From contig CM075988.1 in the NCBI GenBank assembly GCA_038087875.1, positions 2,294,001 through 2,358,000 of the forward strand: DNA of 64,000 bases, in the 5' to 3' direction. This stretch comes from Malacoraja senta. Lineage: Eukaryota. The notes under the pieces are model-generated. The model saw nothing but the letters and a program-made list of their open reading frames with translations. It did not search any database and had not been told where the DNA came from. Below, piece by piece: positions 1-13,590 of this stretch; the first letter of the stretch is position 1; each line of letters starts with the position of its first letter. A program made the translations under genes and the position numbers.

Positions 1-587
1 CATGGCTTCCTGTTATTCAACAAGTAGCTGCCATAACTTAGTGGGCGCACCATCGCTGTAATTTAGAAAACAATAGGTTCATATTCCAAAGATATTTGAG
101 CACATGATGTTGACCAATACTTCAGTATCCTGACCACGGGATGTTAAAGTGAAGACCCTTTTGGCCTCTAGTGGGTAGATAGGGTCCCAAAGCATTGTTT
201 GACTTTTATAGAGGACTATTTGGGAATTGTGAAGGAAAATTCACTCATTGGAGGTTGTGTAATTGATATGTCTTTTTAAAAGTATTTGAAAGTCTGGATC
301 AGTGAAACTTTCTTGCAATAAAATTCTGTTTATAGTCTCCTTCTCCATACATCCCCAAAATATTTCTCAATATTCAAAAATAGCTTAAAGCAATATTTTT
401 GCTTTGATAACCCTTAAATTCCTGCTAGTAGGTCTAAATCAAAACCTCTGTGAAGAACTTCACCTGTCTTCCAGTGAGAAAGAATGATACATGGATTTTC
501 TACAGTAGATTTTAGTTAAAACGGTATATCTGGCCAATTTATCTTTTATCATTTCAATACAAAATGACGAGACTAAGGTTTAGTTTA

Positions 588-895
588 AGAAGGAACTGCA
601 GATGCTGGTTTAAACTGAAGATAGACACAAAGCTAGAGTAACTCAGCGGGACTGGCAGCATCTCTGGAGAGAAGGAATGGGTGACGTTTCGGGTAGAGAC
701 TCTTCTTCAGACTGAAGAAGGGTCTCGAACCGAAACGTCACCCATTCCTTCTCTCCAGAGATGCTGCCAGTCCCGCTGAGTTACTCTAGCTTTTTGTGTC
801 TATCTTCGGTCTGAAGAAGAGTCTCTACCCTAAACATCACCCATTCCTCTCCAGAGATGCTGCTAGTCCCACTGAGTTACTCCAGCATATTGTGC
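588..895. mobile_element. Short Penelope-derived non-autonomous repeat; inverted pair plus a third tandem unit
   Basis: Arms about 621-710 and 712-807 are reverse complements. The unit matches the Penelope 3' end at 27160-27290 (GAAACGTCACC...GATGCTG...CCGCTGAGTT). Confidence 0.75.
712..739 (+). ncRNA. Minimal hammerhead ribozyme-like motif
   Basis: CTGAAGA-A-GGGTC-TC-GAACC-GAAAC-GTC: CUGANGA box, stem II with one mismatch, GAAA box, AC/GU stem III, GUC cleavage triplet. Confidence 0.55.
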
Positions 896-900
896 CTTTC

Positions 901-1970
901 TTTAGTTTAGTTTATTGTCATGTGCACCTAGGTACAGTGAAAAGCTTTTCTTCCGTGCTAACCAGCCAGCTGAAAGACAATACATGATTACAATCGAGCC
1001 ATTAGCAGTGTACAGACACATGATAAGGGAATAGCTTTTAGTGCAAGGTAAAGCCAGTAAAGTCCGATCAGAGATAGTCCGAGGGTCCCTGATGAGGTAG
1101 ATAGTAGTTCAGGACTGTTCTCTGGTTGCAGTAGGATGGTTCAGTTGCCTGAAAACAGCTGGGAAGAAACTGTCCCTGAATCTGAAGGTGTGCGTTTTCA
1201 CACTTCTATATCATTTGCTCGAGGGGAGAATAGGGATTGGCCAGGGTGCGACTCGTTCTTGATGATGCTGTTGGCCTTACTGAGGCAGAGTGAGGTGTCA
1301 ATGGGTGAGAGGTTGTTGTGTGTGAATGTCTGAGCTGCGTCCACAATTAGCTGCAATTTCCTGCGGTCTTGAAAGGAGTTGTTCCCAAACCAAGCTGTGA
1401 TCTAGCCCGATAAAATGCTTTCGACAGCGCATCTGTAGATGTGGGTGAGGGTTGTTGGGGACATGCCGAACTTCCTAAGCCTTCTTCGGAAGTAGAGGCG
1501 TTGGTGTGCTTTCTTGATCGTTGCTTTAATATGGGTGGTCCAGGAGAAGTTGTTGGTGATAGTGACTCCTAGTAATTTGAAGTTTTGAACCATCTCTACT
1601 TTTGCGCCGTCAATGCAAACTGGGGTATGTGTCCCGCTTCACTTCCTGAAGTCAATCACTATCTCCTTTGTCTGGCAGACATGCGAGAAAGGTTGCTGTC
1701 TTGACACTGGGATACGAGGTTCTCGATCTCCTTCCTGTACTCCGATTCATCATGATTTGATATCTGGCATACAATGGTGGTGCCGTCTGCGAATTTTTAA
1801 ATTGAATTAGATTTATACAAGGCTGCACAATCGTGGGTGTACAAGGAGTAAAGGGGCTGAGAACGGATCCTTGTGGAGACCAGTGTTGAGGATTATCGTA
1901 GAGGATAATTTGTCCCCTATCCTTACTGATTGGGGTCTGTGAGTCATAAAGTCGAGGATTCACACTGACT
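901..1970 (-). mobile_element. Rex1/Babar-clade LINE, 5'-truncated and decayed
   Basis: Minus ORF 1402-1593 (FKLLGVTITNNFSW...KKAHQRLYF...YRCAVESILSG) and PQGSVLSP are RT C-terminal motifs; (CTAAA)n-type tail near 901. Confidence 0.85.
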
Positions 1971-2106
1971 CTCATGCAACCCGTTCCAGACATCATTCCA
2001 AAGACATGCAGGTTTGTACGTTAATTGTCTTCTGTAAATTGCTGTTAGTGTGTAAGATGAGAAAGTGGAATAGTACTATGGGATAGTTTACATTTATTTT
2101 AAAAAA

Positions 2107-3946
2107 ACATAGAAAATTCGGCCCTTCGAGCCAGTACCGCCATTCAATATAGCTGATATTCCAGAATCAGTACCCGGTTTCTGCTTTCTCCCCATATCCC
2201 TTGATTCCGTTAGCCCTAAGAACTAAATCTAACTCTTGAAAACATCCAGTGAATTGGCCTCCACTGCCTTCTGTGGCAGAGAATTCCACAGATTCACAAC
2301 TCTCTGGGTGAGACAGTGTTTCCTTGTCTCAATCCTAAATGGCCTACACCTTATTCTTAAACTGTGACTCCTGGTTCTGGACTCCACCAACATCAGGAAC
2401 ATTTTTCCTGCATCTAGCCTGTCCAAACCTTTAAGAATGTTATATATTTCGTTAAGATCCCCTCTCATCCTTCTAAATTCCAGTGAATACAAGCCCAGTC
2501 GACCCATTCTTTCATCATATGTCAGTCCCGTCATCCCAGGAATTAACCTGGTGAACCTACGCTGCACTCCCTCAACAGCAATAATGTCCTTCCTCAAATT
2601 AGACCAAAACTGCACACACAACTCCAGGTGTGGCCTCACCAGCGGCCCTGTACAACTGCAGTAGGACCTCATTGCTGCTAAACTCAAATCTTCTCGCAAT
2701 GAAGGCCAACATGCCATTAGCTTTCTTCACTGCCTGTTGTACCTGCATGCTTACTTTCAGTGAGTGATGTACAAGCACACCCAGGGGCGCCGCACTGAAG
2801 GCAGCCTCTGCCTACAGTCTGTTTGTTTTTCTATCTTTTTTTTATTTTTAGTTAGTTTTAAAAGTATGTGTCTTTAGTTTCTATAACTTTTCTATGTGGG
2901 GGAGGGGGGGTAGGGTAAGGGGGAAACCGTTTCCCAGTCACTTCCTGGCGAGGCCGCAACTATTCTCCGAGTCGCGTCCTCGCCCCCCTCCTCGCGGTCT
3001 ACCACCTGGATTGGAGCAGCCTTTCCTGCCGGGGACCGGACCAGAGCTCCAGCAGTGGCAGCGCAACGCTGGATTCACAGCGGAACGGGCGATGCCTTAG
3101 CTGGGATCGCCATGGAGGCTCCGGAGTGTTGGGCCTGCTGCATCTACATCGGAACTGCAGAGCTTCCAGCGCGGCCGGCGCTGTCTTCAACATTGCGGAG
3201 ACCTGGGGCCATTTGCCGAGGGCGGCCAGCGTTGAATCTCCACCCGGCGCGGCCTGTGGACTTCGGGAGCCGCGGACTCTGGTAGGAGGTGGCCGCTTCG
3301 GATGTCCAAGCCGCGGAGATGTCCTCCAGTCCCGACGTCGGACTTCCATCACCCCGGCAAGCGGGCTTGAACATCGGGCCGCCCGTAGTGCCCACAGCGG
3401 GGGCTCGGGAGCCCCCCGACCACGGAAGGACAACAGAGGAGGATGACTGCATTTTGGAGCCTTCCCTCACAGTGGGAAACTTTGATCCCACTGTATGGGG
3501 ATGTCTGTGTTAAAAACTATCGTGTTCTGTGCTCTTTATTATTCGTATGGCTGTATGGCGACCACACATTTCACTGTACAAATTGGTACATGTGACAAAT
3601 AAATGTATCTTGTATCTTGTAGGTCTCGTTGCACATCCCCTTTTCCTAATCTGACACCATTGAGATAATAATCTGCCTTCCTGTTCTCGCCACCAAAGTG
3701 GATAACCTCACATTTATCCACATTATACTCTATCTGCCATGCATCTGCCCATTCACCCAACCTATCCAATTCACCCTGCAGCCTCCTCGCAGCTCACACT
3801 GCCGCCCAGCTTTGTGTCATCCGCAAACTTGGAGATGTCACATTTAATTCCCTCGTCTAAATCGTTAATATATATTGTAAATAACTGGGGTCCCAGCACC
3901 GAGCCTTCCCACACTCCACTAGTCATTGCCTGCCATTCTGAAAAGG
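2107..3946 (-). mobile_element. CR1 LINE 3' fragment, interrupted at 2786-3620
   Basis: LVRPHLELCVQFWS, VQRRFTRLIPG, QRVVNLWNSLP and YNVDKCEVIHFG motifs; the CR1 sequence resumes at 3621. Confidence 0.9.
2786..3620 (+). mobile_element. GC-rich composite non-autonomous retroelement, copy A
   Basis: Inserted in CR1 with AGG at 2783-2785 and 3621-3623. Has ATGTGGGGG/GGGGAAAC and GCGGTCTACCA motifs, a hairpin at 3469-3494, and AATAAA plus a (TGTATCT)n tail. Confidence 0.7.
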
Positions 3947-4866
3947 ACCTGTGTACATGTGATCCATGGTCAGTGTGGACTCAGTGGGCCGAAAGGCCTG
4001 TTCCCACGCTGTGTGCTTAAACTCAAACATCAGCTATGCTCCAGCTCCGTGAATGGAGATCTACTGCTGCAATATTTTACATTTTTGCATCGGATAGCAT
4101 TATAGCTTTGTTTGATCCTGTCTCTCACAGCACGGGGACTAGTAGTCAAGAGTAGGGACTCTGCTTGATTATCCAGCCCAGCCCAGTCCAGAATGTTGCA
4201 ATGGGCTTTTGATGTACAGCTCAGTTATTCATTGATCTTTAGCTCAAGGGAGCTCCTTTCTCTGAATTGTTGGGCAAGCATACATTTTTCAAAGGTAGGA
4301 TTGATTTGTAATGAAGCAATTATATTTATTATCTTCAGCGTCTATTGTGAATGAGGGTGGAGGAGTATAAACTGCTTGGGGAAAGAAACGGATGCAGCGC
4401 CCCCTTTCCACCCTCACATTCCTTGTGAATCATCCAAATGCATTGATGTGGCTGTGTTGAAATTCTGGAAGGAAACCTGTGTGGGAATCTTAGGTGTGGC
4501 TGTGACTTTCTGACTGGCACAATACTTTAACTCAATTGTACAATGTTGCACGGATCCATTGAATGGATAGCATTTGAGATAACTGTGGATAACATTTAAA
4601 AGACACTGGATTCTTAAACTGAAGTAGAGATTAGTTGAGAATAAACAGATTAGACTTTATTACTAGTGAACAACTATTTTTATAACTCTGGAATTTCTGT
4701 CCATTGTGCTATCAGAGGTGGTGACCTGGACTGTGCACTGAAGCATTACTGTTTAAACAGTGAAGCGCAGCTTGTGTATCACATTTACATTGTTTGTAAC
4801 TAGAGAACACAGCTGAAAGCTGCTTTTGTCTGACACAATGAGGAGTTTTATAGTGTTGTTTGCATT

Positions 4867-4935
4867 GTAGCAGGATTCATGTAGCAGGATTAATATATTC
4901 ATGTAGCAGGATTCATATTTTCATCGAGCAGGATA
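4867..4935. repeat. Short degenerate tandem repeat (GTAGCAGGATT, about 4 units)
   Basis: AGCAGGAT recurs four times with variable spacers. Confidence 0.6.
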
Positions 4936-7034
4936 TAAGCTGAGGTATTTGTTTGAAAATAAGCATGCACAAAATGTTGTTGCTGTTATTTCAAGCTTTG
5001 AATTCATTGTGATGTAAGCTGACTGACTGACTGCCAGTCAAATGGGCTGCAGGGAGTGATGGAGTGGAAGAAAAGCAGTATAGTGTGGTCTGAATGACAC
5101 AACATTATTGAATTCTGACTTGCTGCTCAGGTAGCAGCATATCCTTTTCACTCTGTGCTGTGACCTATATTTTAATGAGTTTAATAAAGAATGACAGAGA
5201 GCACAATTTGCATTAGAGCTTGACTGGCCAGACATTTTCAGTTTGTCTTAAAGCTGTATGTTAAGTCAACTATGAAACTAAATTGAACAGGAGCGGAAGG
5301 AAAGCCTGAGAATCAACAGAATCAACACTTGATCTGCCCTGGAGTGACACTGCCAACCAGACACGTTACTTTTTCATGCCGCTATGCTATCTGGTATATA
5401 TCAGCAACTATTCTAAATTCAGGTGTGTACTGCAGTCATTGCAATGACAAAGTAGGGGTGGACTTTATTTTTTTTTTAAACGTAAAAAACTCCAATTCCG
5501 TCTTGTTATTTAGCAGCAAATGTCATGATGTTCTTCGGTCATTGACCTGAAACATGAATTAATTTCTATTTTATTTCAGTTCTCCAGCATCTGTATTAAT
5601 TTGCTTTTAGACTATGAAAATGTTTTTTCTGCATATTAATATATATGGTCATGGTAAACAGGAAAGATAAAATACATCAAACTGCTATCCAGAATATTCT
5701 TAACTGATGTGGTTCCTGGTACTTACTGCTAATAGGCTTGACACCTTTTGGATGTTGATATTTTTCAAAGAATTAAAAAAAGGCTCAATGTTCTCAAGTG
5801 CTCCAATGGCAACCAGAGTGCAACAAAAGTCGAAAGACCTCTGCGTTGAGACAGTGGCGATATTGTAGTTCAGGCAACCAGCAACCAACATGTTGCAATG
5901 AGGCGGAAATGCTAATACATTGTGCTTCAGCTATTTCCCTGTTGCTATGGTGAGTAATGTGACAAGTTGGAGTAGTTCTACTTATAAAACCAAGGCGTAT
6001 TGTAATCAGAGGGATGGGAATGCAGCTTTCTGTTAATAAGGAGCAGGGATTTTGATGGCTATTACTCCTGCAGGGCAAGAGGAGCTGCATTTCAGTCTGT
6101 TCAGCAGAGTAATTCTCAAAATGGCAAACACGAAACAAGATCTTACGTAAGATTTACACTTAAGTAATAAATTGGTTCATTGCATTGGTCTTCTGCTACA
6201 TTTTACTGGTCAGGTGTCCTTTCCTTTTCATTACACATTATTTCCCAGCTGCTTAAAGATTGCAAATTCAAGCTACTTCAATTGCTCTCTCCCTTTCGTG
6301 CCCGGATATTCTGCTCTCATATTCTGATACAGACTCAGGTTGGTTCTTGTTGGAAGCTTTTGTCGTGAAAGTTGTTTGCCTGAATGAAAAATCCCATAAC
6401 ATTGTTTGCCGGTGGCTTATTTGTCGCACAAAAGTAATATTGCTTCTAAGCACCTTTAACGTAATAAATGTCTTGGGAGGTGCCTCATATGGATGCAACC
6501 AAATCATAGTTATGGACAAGATCATCTTATTATACATCAACCTCTTCCTATCAGAAATCAATCAATTTCATGAAAGTTAGGTTTCTGCTATTTATTATTT
6601 TCTAATGACGTGTTCTAGTGAGCTTGTAATAAAATTGAATTGATGTGTTCTTCTGCTCAATATTTGGTCTGTCCTGTGATGAGTGCCTATTGGTGTAAGC
6701 TATGGGATGGCTAACTGATCGTGGGAATACTGCTTTAGTTTGTTTAGTGCCTTTTTAAAATTTGCTTACAATTGCATATTGGACGAGAAACAAAGTTCGC
6801 CTATCTAACAGAATGCAGATTAATACTCTGTTGTATTTTCAAAAATGATGCTTTGGTTGTGTTGGTGAGAAAGTCGCATGCAACTGTGGCAGGGTAAACT
6901 TTTAGAATGAGTTGAATTTCCATTTTAAATAAAAAGAGGCCATTCGGAAAATTATTTTTCCATTGTGAAAATGGAGCCGAATACTTGGGGACATAATCTT
7001 AGCCAAATGTTTCAGCTTGGATTGGTGAACAAGG

Positions 7035-7386
7035 TGTAAGAAGAAACTGTAGATGCTGGTTTACACCGAAGATAGACACAAAATGCTGGAGTAACTTAGC
7101 AGGACCGGCAGCATCTCTGGATAGAAAGAGATGTGTCCCACTGAGTTACTCCAGCATTTTGTATTTTTCTTGGTTTTTGAACAACATGGGAGCAAGCGTT
7201 GGTTACAACAGCCTCCACATCTTGACTGTTCTCCCCCTCAACAAAACAACAGAACCTGACAAAGGGTTCTGACACAAAACATCACCTATTCCTTTTATCC
7301 AGAGATGCAACCTGAGCCGCTGAGCTATTCCAACATTGCATAACTATTTTTGGTATAAACCAGCATCTGCAGTTCTTTCATACACA
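7035..7386. mobile_element. Penelope-derived short repeats, decayed, in inverted arrangement
   Basis: GATGCTGGTTTACACCGAAGATAGACAC at about 7052 and CCAGCATCTGCAGTTC at about 7360. Confidence 0.65.
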
Positions 7387-7595
7387 AACTATCAGGATTG
7401 ATCTTTTGCACCAATTTCATCTTCAATCAGCTCCCCAAACTACTGACTTGGCTATCTGCATCCTGTAAGTATTAGTGGAATCTCTTAATATCTGCTTTTA
7501 AATTTATTGTTTATGTTTATTTTATTTTTCCATTTTATATATTTAGTGGTTATGGATGATGGTAGTGTATTGCAACGATAGTCCATTCTGGAATA

Positions 7596-9254
7596 ATGCC
7601 CTCTATAATGTTTGGGACAAAGACCCATCATTTATTTATTTGCCTCTGCACTCCACAATTTGAGATTTGTAATAGAAAAAAATCACATGTGGTTAAAGTG
7701 CACATTGTCAGATTTTAATTAAGGCCATTTTTATACATTTTGGTTTCACCATGTAGAAATTACAGCTGTGTTTATACTTAGACACCCCCCCCCCCCCCCA
7801 TTTCAGGGCACCATAATGTTTGGGACACATTAATGTCATGTAAATGAAAGTAGTCATGTTTAGTATTTTGTTGCATATCCTTTGCATGCAATGACTGCTT
7901 GAAGTCTGCGATTCATGGACATCACCAGTAGCTGATTGTCTTCTCTGGTGATGCACTGCCAGGCCTGTATTGCAGCCATCTTTAGCTTATGCTTGTTTTG
8001 GGGGCTAGTCCCATTCCGTTTTCTCTTCAGCATATAAAAGGCATGCTCAAATGGGTTCAGATCAGGTGATTGACTTGGCCACTCAAGAATCGACCATTTT
8101 TTAGCTTTGAAAAATTCCTTTGTTGCTTTAGCAGTATGTTTGGGATCAATGACTTGCTGCAGAATGAACCGCTGACCAATGAGTTTTGATGCATTTGTTT
8201 GAACTTGAGCAGATAGGATGTGTCTATACACTTCAGAATTAATTGTGCTACTACCATCAGCAGTTATATCATCAATGAAGATATGTGAGCCAGTACCTTC
8301 AGCAGCCATACATGCCCAGGCCATAACACCCCCACCACCTGTATCACAGATAAGGTGGTATGCTTTGGATCTTGGGCAGTTCCTTATTTCCTCCATACTT
8401 TGCTCTTGACATCACTCTGATACAAGTTGATATTCATCTCATCTGTCCACAAGACCCTTTTCCAGAACTGTGGTTGCTCTTTTAAGTACTTCTTGGCAAA
8501 CTGTAACCCGGCCATCCTAATTTTACATGTAACCAGTGGTTTGCATCTTGCAGTATAGCCTCTGTATTTCTGTTCATGAAGTCTTCTGCGGACAGTGGTC
8601 ATTGACAAATCCACACCTGACTACTGAAGAGTGTTTCTGATCTGTCGGAAAGGTGTTTGGGGATTTTTCTTTATTATAGAGAGAATTCTTCTGTCATCAG
8701 CTGTGGAGGTCTTCCTTGTCTTGCCAGTCCCTTTGCGATTAGTAAGCTCATCAGTGCTTTCTTACTTCTTAATGATGTTCCAAACAGTTGATTTTGGTAA
8801 GCCTAAGGTTTGGCTGATGTTTCTAACAGTTTTATTCTTGTTTCTCAGTCTCATAATGGCTTCTTTGACTTTCGTTGACAACTTTGGTCCTCATGTTGAT
8901 AAACAGCAATAAAAGTTTCCAAAGTTGTTGGAAAGACTGAAGGAAAGACTAGGTGCTGAGAGCTCTCTTATACCTGCATTAAGGAGGCAATTAAACACAC
9001 CTGAGCAATTACAAATGCCTGTGAAGCCATGTTTCTCAAACATTATGGTGCCCTGAAATGGGGGGACTATGTATAAACACAGCTGTAATTTCTACATGAT
9101 GAAACCAAAATGTATAAAAATGGCCTTTATTAAAATCAGACAATGTGCACTTTAACCACACATGATTTTTTTCTATTACAAATCTCAAATTGTGGAGTAC
9201 TGAGGCAAATAAGTAAATGACGGGTCTTTGTCCCAAACATTATGGAGGGCACTG
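7596..9254 (-). mobile_element. Tc1 transposon with long IR/DR-type terminal inverted repeats (TIRs)
   Basis: TIRs of about 230 bp, each with two copies of ATAATGTTTG(G/A)GA. The right end is ...GAGGGCACTG|TA; the left terminal bases are eroded. Confidence 0.92.
7860..8894 (-). pseudogene. Tc1 transposase pseudogene
   Basis: Frameshifted pieces: VRRRLHE...WTDE, then WACMAAEGTG, QQVIDPKH (catalytic Asp replaced) and WPSQSPDLNPFEH...KGYATKY*. Confidence 0.9.
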
Positions 9255-9584
9255 TAGTTAAACAAAATATTAGGTATAGTTTTGATCCAGAATAGAACGG
9301 GCTCAAAGATATGTTTGTATGAAAGGGCCACCAAGCAGACTGGCTGTGGGAGGCATTGCAGTGCACCCCGACGATGGAGTGGGCCGCTGGAGGCCCTACA
9401 GCAACCTGGGTTCGGCTGGATATGGTCGAGTGCGTGGACTATGACTATGCTTGGCCAGGACAATCCTGCAACGCCTCCAGAACATCGGGCCAGGTTAAGA
9501 ACTCTGCATTTACAACAACTTTGATTTGAAAATGAACCCAAACTGGGTGACTCTTATGTACTGTCTTATGATAAGTTCATCAGT

Positions 9585-9760
9585 TCATAAGCTTTAGGAG
9601 CAGAATTTGGCCATTCAGCCCATCAAACCTACTCCGCCTTTCAATCTTGGTTGATCTATCTTTCTGTATAAACCTCATTCTCCTGTCTTCATCCCATAAC
9701 ACCTGACATCCTTACTAATCAAGAATCTGTCAATCCCTGCATTAAACATATCCATTGACT
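9585..9760 (-). mobile_element. CR1 3' end fragment
   Basis: GGAGCAGAATTTGGCCATTCAGCCCATC resembles the reverse complement of the CR1 3' UTRs in this window. Confidence 0.6.
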
Positions 9761-9999
9761 AGTAATACTTTGACAATACAAAATGGAAAAAGGAATTTCA
9801 CTGTACCTTGGTACATGTGACAATGAAAGTACCATTGAACCAATAAAAAAAAACCTTGCCAACAACACCCATGTGCCAATAATTATTTAAATTCTGTCTT
9901 GGTTCTTCCACATCACCATTCCAACCAGGAAACCTGTTCTTAAATGTTTGTTTATCTTATCAAAGTCTCTAATTCTAGATTTTCCAAGACATCCCAATT

Positions 10000-10510
10000 A
10001 GTCATAAAGTTATGCAGCAGGGAATCTAATTCATCCATACCGACCAAATTGCCTACTTGAATGTGTCTGTTTTTGGCCCATATCCCACTAAACCTTTTCT
10101 ATCCATGTATTTGTCCAAATGTTAAATACTGTAATAGTACCCACCTATACCAGTTCCCCAGGCAACTTGTTACACGTACCACCGTCTATCTCAATAGGAT
10201 GCCCATCGGGTCCCCTTTTAATCTTTTCCCTCACATTAATTCTATTTAAATCGAGTTTTAGACTTTGCTGGCCTGTGGAAGTGAATGTAACTATCCACCA
10301 TAATCTCTGCCCCTCATGATTTTATATCCCTCAGCCCCTTAAAGTCCAAGGAAAAAAGACCCCAGCCTATCCAGTCTTCCTTGTATTTCAAGCTCTCTAG
10401 CCCTCTGCAACTTCCTTGTGAATTGTTTCTTCCCCCTTTTCAGAATGTCACACAATACTCCATGAGGTTTTGTTAGCAGTTTGTACAGATGTAGCATGAC
10501 ATCCATACGT
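10000..10510 (-). mobile_element. Old CR1 3' fragment
   Basis: Diverged similarity to 21000-21570 (GGCCCATATCCC, TATCCATGTA, CCCAGCCTATCCA). Confidence 0.55.
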
Positions 10511-12169
10511 CCTGTGAAAAGGAGCTAACTTTATATCTATAACCTTGTGTTATTTAATCTTTGTTTTCATGGCTAAAATATTTCATCTAAAATTGCTAGC
10601 ATGCTGTTTACCAGTTCTATGTAGATTCAGCGTTACTCGCTTGAATCGTTATCAGTGCTCACTGATGAAAGCCAGCAGCAGATGATAAAGGTCCTTTGAT
10701 TTGTCAGGAGATGTCACAGAATAGGCATCCAGCTCTCAAGGCCACAACAGTCTTGCAACTGATCCTTTTTAATTTCCAGATACATAAATGTTCCTGAGAT
10801 ATTAATGGAAGATTCAACTGTGCTTTATCGATTTGTACACAGTCATTGCATGACACATGTTGGAGGCGCAAGATACTACTTTTGAGGAACATGAAGTGCT
10901 GGGAGAAGGTCAAACAGAATCTATGGAGGCAGACAGCTGATTGATAGCTGACATATGTTAGTGTGAATGTGATCTGTTGCTTAACAGCAATACTCTGAAT
11001 ATTTCCAGGTTTTGCTGAGTTTAGGGTTGCATTCGTCCTTTATCTGAGGAATGATTTATTCATTATCAAACTGACTTCTAATAAAGGAGAAATTGTTTCT
11101 GAAGATGGTTTAGCCTAGGTTTGCAGCTCTTCAATGCCAAATCAAATGTTCCCTTCATTGCTGATATTTTACCACTGCGGTTCAGCTCTTTAGTCCATGT
11201 TTGACATTAAGCTAGAAAGAAGTCTCGTTAAAAGGTCATTGGTGAGCCGGTTATTGGTAAGGAGGTACTGCCTGCTAACACTGTTATTCATCCATCATGT
11301 GGATAGGTCTTTGTGTGTTGTGTTTGGATGCAGAGCCATTAAATCAGCAAAATAAACTTCAAGTTATCTAGTTGTGGAATTCACCCAGAGTTCAAGATTC
11401 AGAGATTGGTGCACTAACAGGATATCAAACAAGTGGGGAAATGTAATTGGGATATATGTTCATTTTAGTAAATGCCAGCATAGCACTGTATAAGCATTGT
11501 CAGTAAATGTGAATGAGCTATTCAACTTGATCACATGCAAAAGTTTTAGATGGACAAGAGCTTGAGCTCAAAAAACTTTCTGTGTAGTAATTTGATTTTG
11601 TGTTAGTCAGTGGTGGTGGGGTCAAGATGACAGGTTGTGTGGGGAGTTCATTTTCACCGCAGTTGCCCAAGTAGGATTTGGGAAATGGGGATGGTATTGT
11701 CCTTGGAGAACTGAGCATGAGGATCTCTTGCTGCATTTTTGCTGGATTGTACACCCACATTAAAAAAAATCAAAATCTAGCCATCAACAGGTTCAGAACA
11801 AATCCATTCCAAATCAGGTCAGTCGTATCAAATTTAGTTTAGAGCAATTGAAAATGTTCCCCTCTATTAGGCATTTATGCTTTTCTGCCCTTCACTGACA
11901 AGAACTCGTCAGAAATCCACCTGTGCTCCATTCAATGTGTCTCAGTGGTGCATTCATCTTTCACGTTGTGAAGAATTATTTGATGACATCTGCTCGAGCA
12001 ATTCCATGCAATTAGTGAGCTGCAGCCTGTTACCCACCCACAGTTCCATGTAGGTGTTATAAGTCTGTCTGTTAAACTGTAGATCTTGTGGTGCTTCGTT
12101 GCTCTTGGGCTAGCTAATAAGTGTATAATCAGTGGAACAGGAATTGAGGGCAAGCAAGAAATGTTAACG

Positions 12170-12447
12170 TTTAGAGATACAGCGCCCTTTCGGCCACTGA
12201 GTTTGCGCCGACCAGCGATCCCCACACACTAGCACTATCCTACTCGCACTAGGGTCAATTTACAATTATACCGTCAATAAACCTACAAACCTGTACGTCT
12301 TTGGAGTGTGGAAGGTAATAGGAGATCCCGGAGAAATCCCACGCAGGTCAGCGGGAGGACGTACAAACTCCGTGCAAACAAGCACCCATAGTCAGGATGG
12401 AACTAGTGTCTCTGCCGCTCTACCCGCTGCGCAACTGTGCCTCCCCG
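12170..12447 (-). mobile_element. tRNA-derived SINE with CR1-type tail
   Basis: Reverse complement of the SINEs at 27903 and 50036 (CACACTCCAAAGACGTACAGGTTTGTAGG). Confidence 0.8.
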
Positions 12448-12556
12448 CTCTCTAATTGTCAGAAATAGTGCTTTAAAAAACCCAATTGGTGTTTAGCTGG
12501 TTCGTTGTGAAGGTGATATACTATGTCTTTGCCAGGAATGTTAGTAAAATGTACAA

Positions 12557-13590
12557 GGAGCCATCTTGAGGAACGGCTGCAAAACAGCAGCCGTCCGTTA
12601 ATTGTACTTTTTTACTAAGTTTTTTAGTTTTCTTTAAGTCTTTGTTTTTATTTATTTTGCCTTTTAATGTGGGGGGATCAAGGGGAAACCACTTCCTGGT
12701 CCCTACCTGGTCGGTGAGGCAGCCTTCTCTCCGGCTGCCCAGTCGACCCGTCCTCGCGGCCTACCAGCGGGTGTGGAGCGGCGTGGAGCGGCGTTTCCTG
12801 GCGGGAACCGCACAGCACCCTCAGCTTTGGTGGCGGCACGGCGCTGGAGCGCTACTGTGCAGCGGAGCGGGCGATGCCTTGCCTGGGTCGCCACGCTGGA
12901 CCGACGCGCTGGAGCTCCGGTGAGCTGGACCGCCGAGCTCAACACCTCCGGGACTGGAGCGACCATCTGCGGGCAGCGGCGCCGACTCCAACACCAGGAG
13001 CCTCGTGGCTCCAAATCGGCGCGGCCTTGTCGGCTTCAGGTGCTGCAGACGCCTGCGGGAAATCTGCCGTTCCAGCCGTAGTTGTGGCCTCTGGTGAGGG
13101 ATGCGGCCGTTCCAGGTGGCCCAGCTGCTGGAGGACTCTCCCGACGCCGGGGCTACATCACCCGGCGAGAACGGCCAGGATCATCGGGCCTCCGTAGAGG
13201 CAATAGTGGGGGCCTCATTTGGCCTGACTTTTTTGGGTGAACTGGGGCTGGGGACTGGACATTGTGCCTTCCCCCACAGTGGAAATCACTGGGGGGATGA
13301 TTTTTGTATGTAATTGTTTGTAATTGTATTTGTTAGTCTGTGTTCAGGATGGTAGTCGGAGGGGAGAGTGGACGCTGGCGTTAAATTGCCGCTGCTCTCT
13401 CCTCAAATTTGTGCTTCTGATTTTCTTTTTTTTGTGTTTTTGGAAGGAATTCTGTCCCTGATTTATGTATTGGTCTTTATAACCTATTTTTTTAAAATTC
13501 TGATTATATGTTTCCTATAAATCTCTGTAAGGTGTCCTTGAGACCTCGGTATAAGGCGCCCGTAAATAAAATCCATTATTATTATTATTA
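12557..13590 (+). mobile_element. GC-rich composite non-autonomous retroelement, copy B
   Basis: ATGTGGGGG, GGGGAAAC and GCGGCCTACCA motifs; hairpin at 13271-13296; tail GTAAGGTGTCCTTGAG...AAGGCGCCC...AATAAA (ATT)n. Confidence 0.7.

Larger units (their letters stand above)
1990..4027 (+). mobile_element. tRNA-SINE remnant split by a CR1 (pieces about 1990-2075 and 3960-4027)
   Basis: TCCAAAGACATGCAGGTTTGT body, and GGGCCGAAAGGCCTGTT...CTTAAACTCAAAC tail, similar to the SINE at 50036-50332. Confidence 0.55.

Noticed and set aside
2894..3513. Clusters of Pro/Arg/Gly-rich ORFs here and at 12.6-13.3, 36.9-37.7 and 38.3-39.8 kb
   Set aside because: Open in many frames because GC-rich DNA has few stops; no recognisable domains.
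6074..6146. Candidate 73-nt exon (cag|...|gtaaga), open in two frames
   Set aside because: Weak acceptor, no recognisable peptide and no partner exons; needs RNA-seq.
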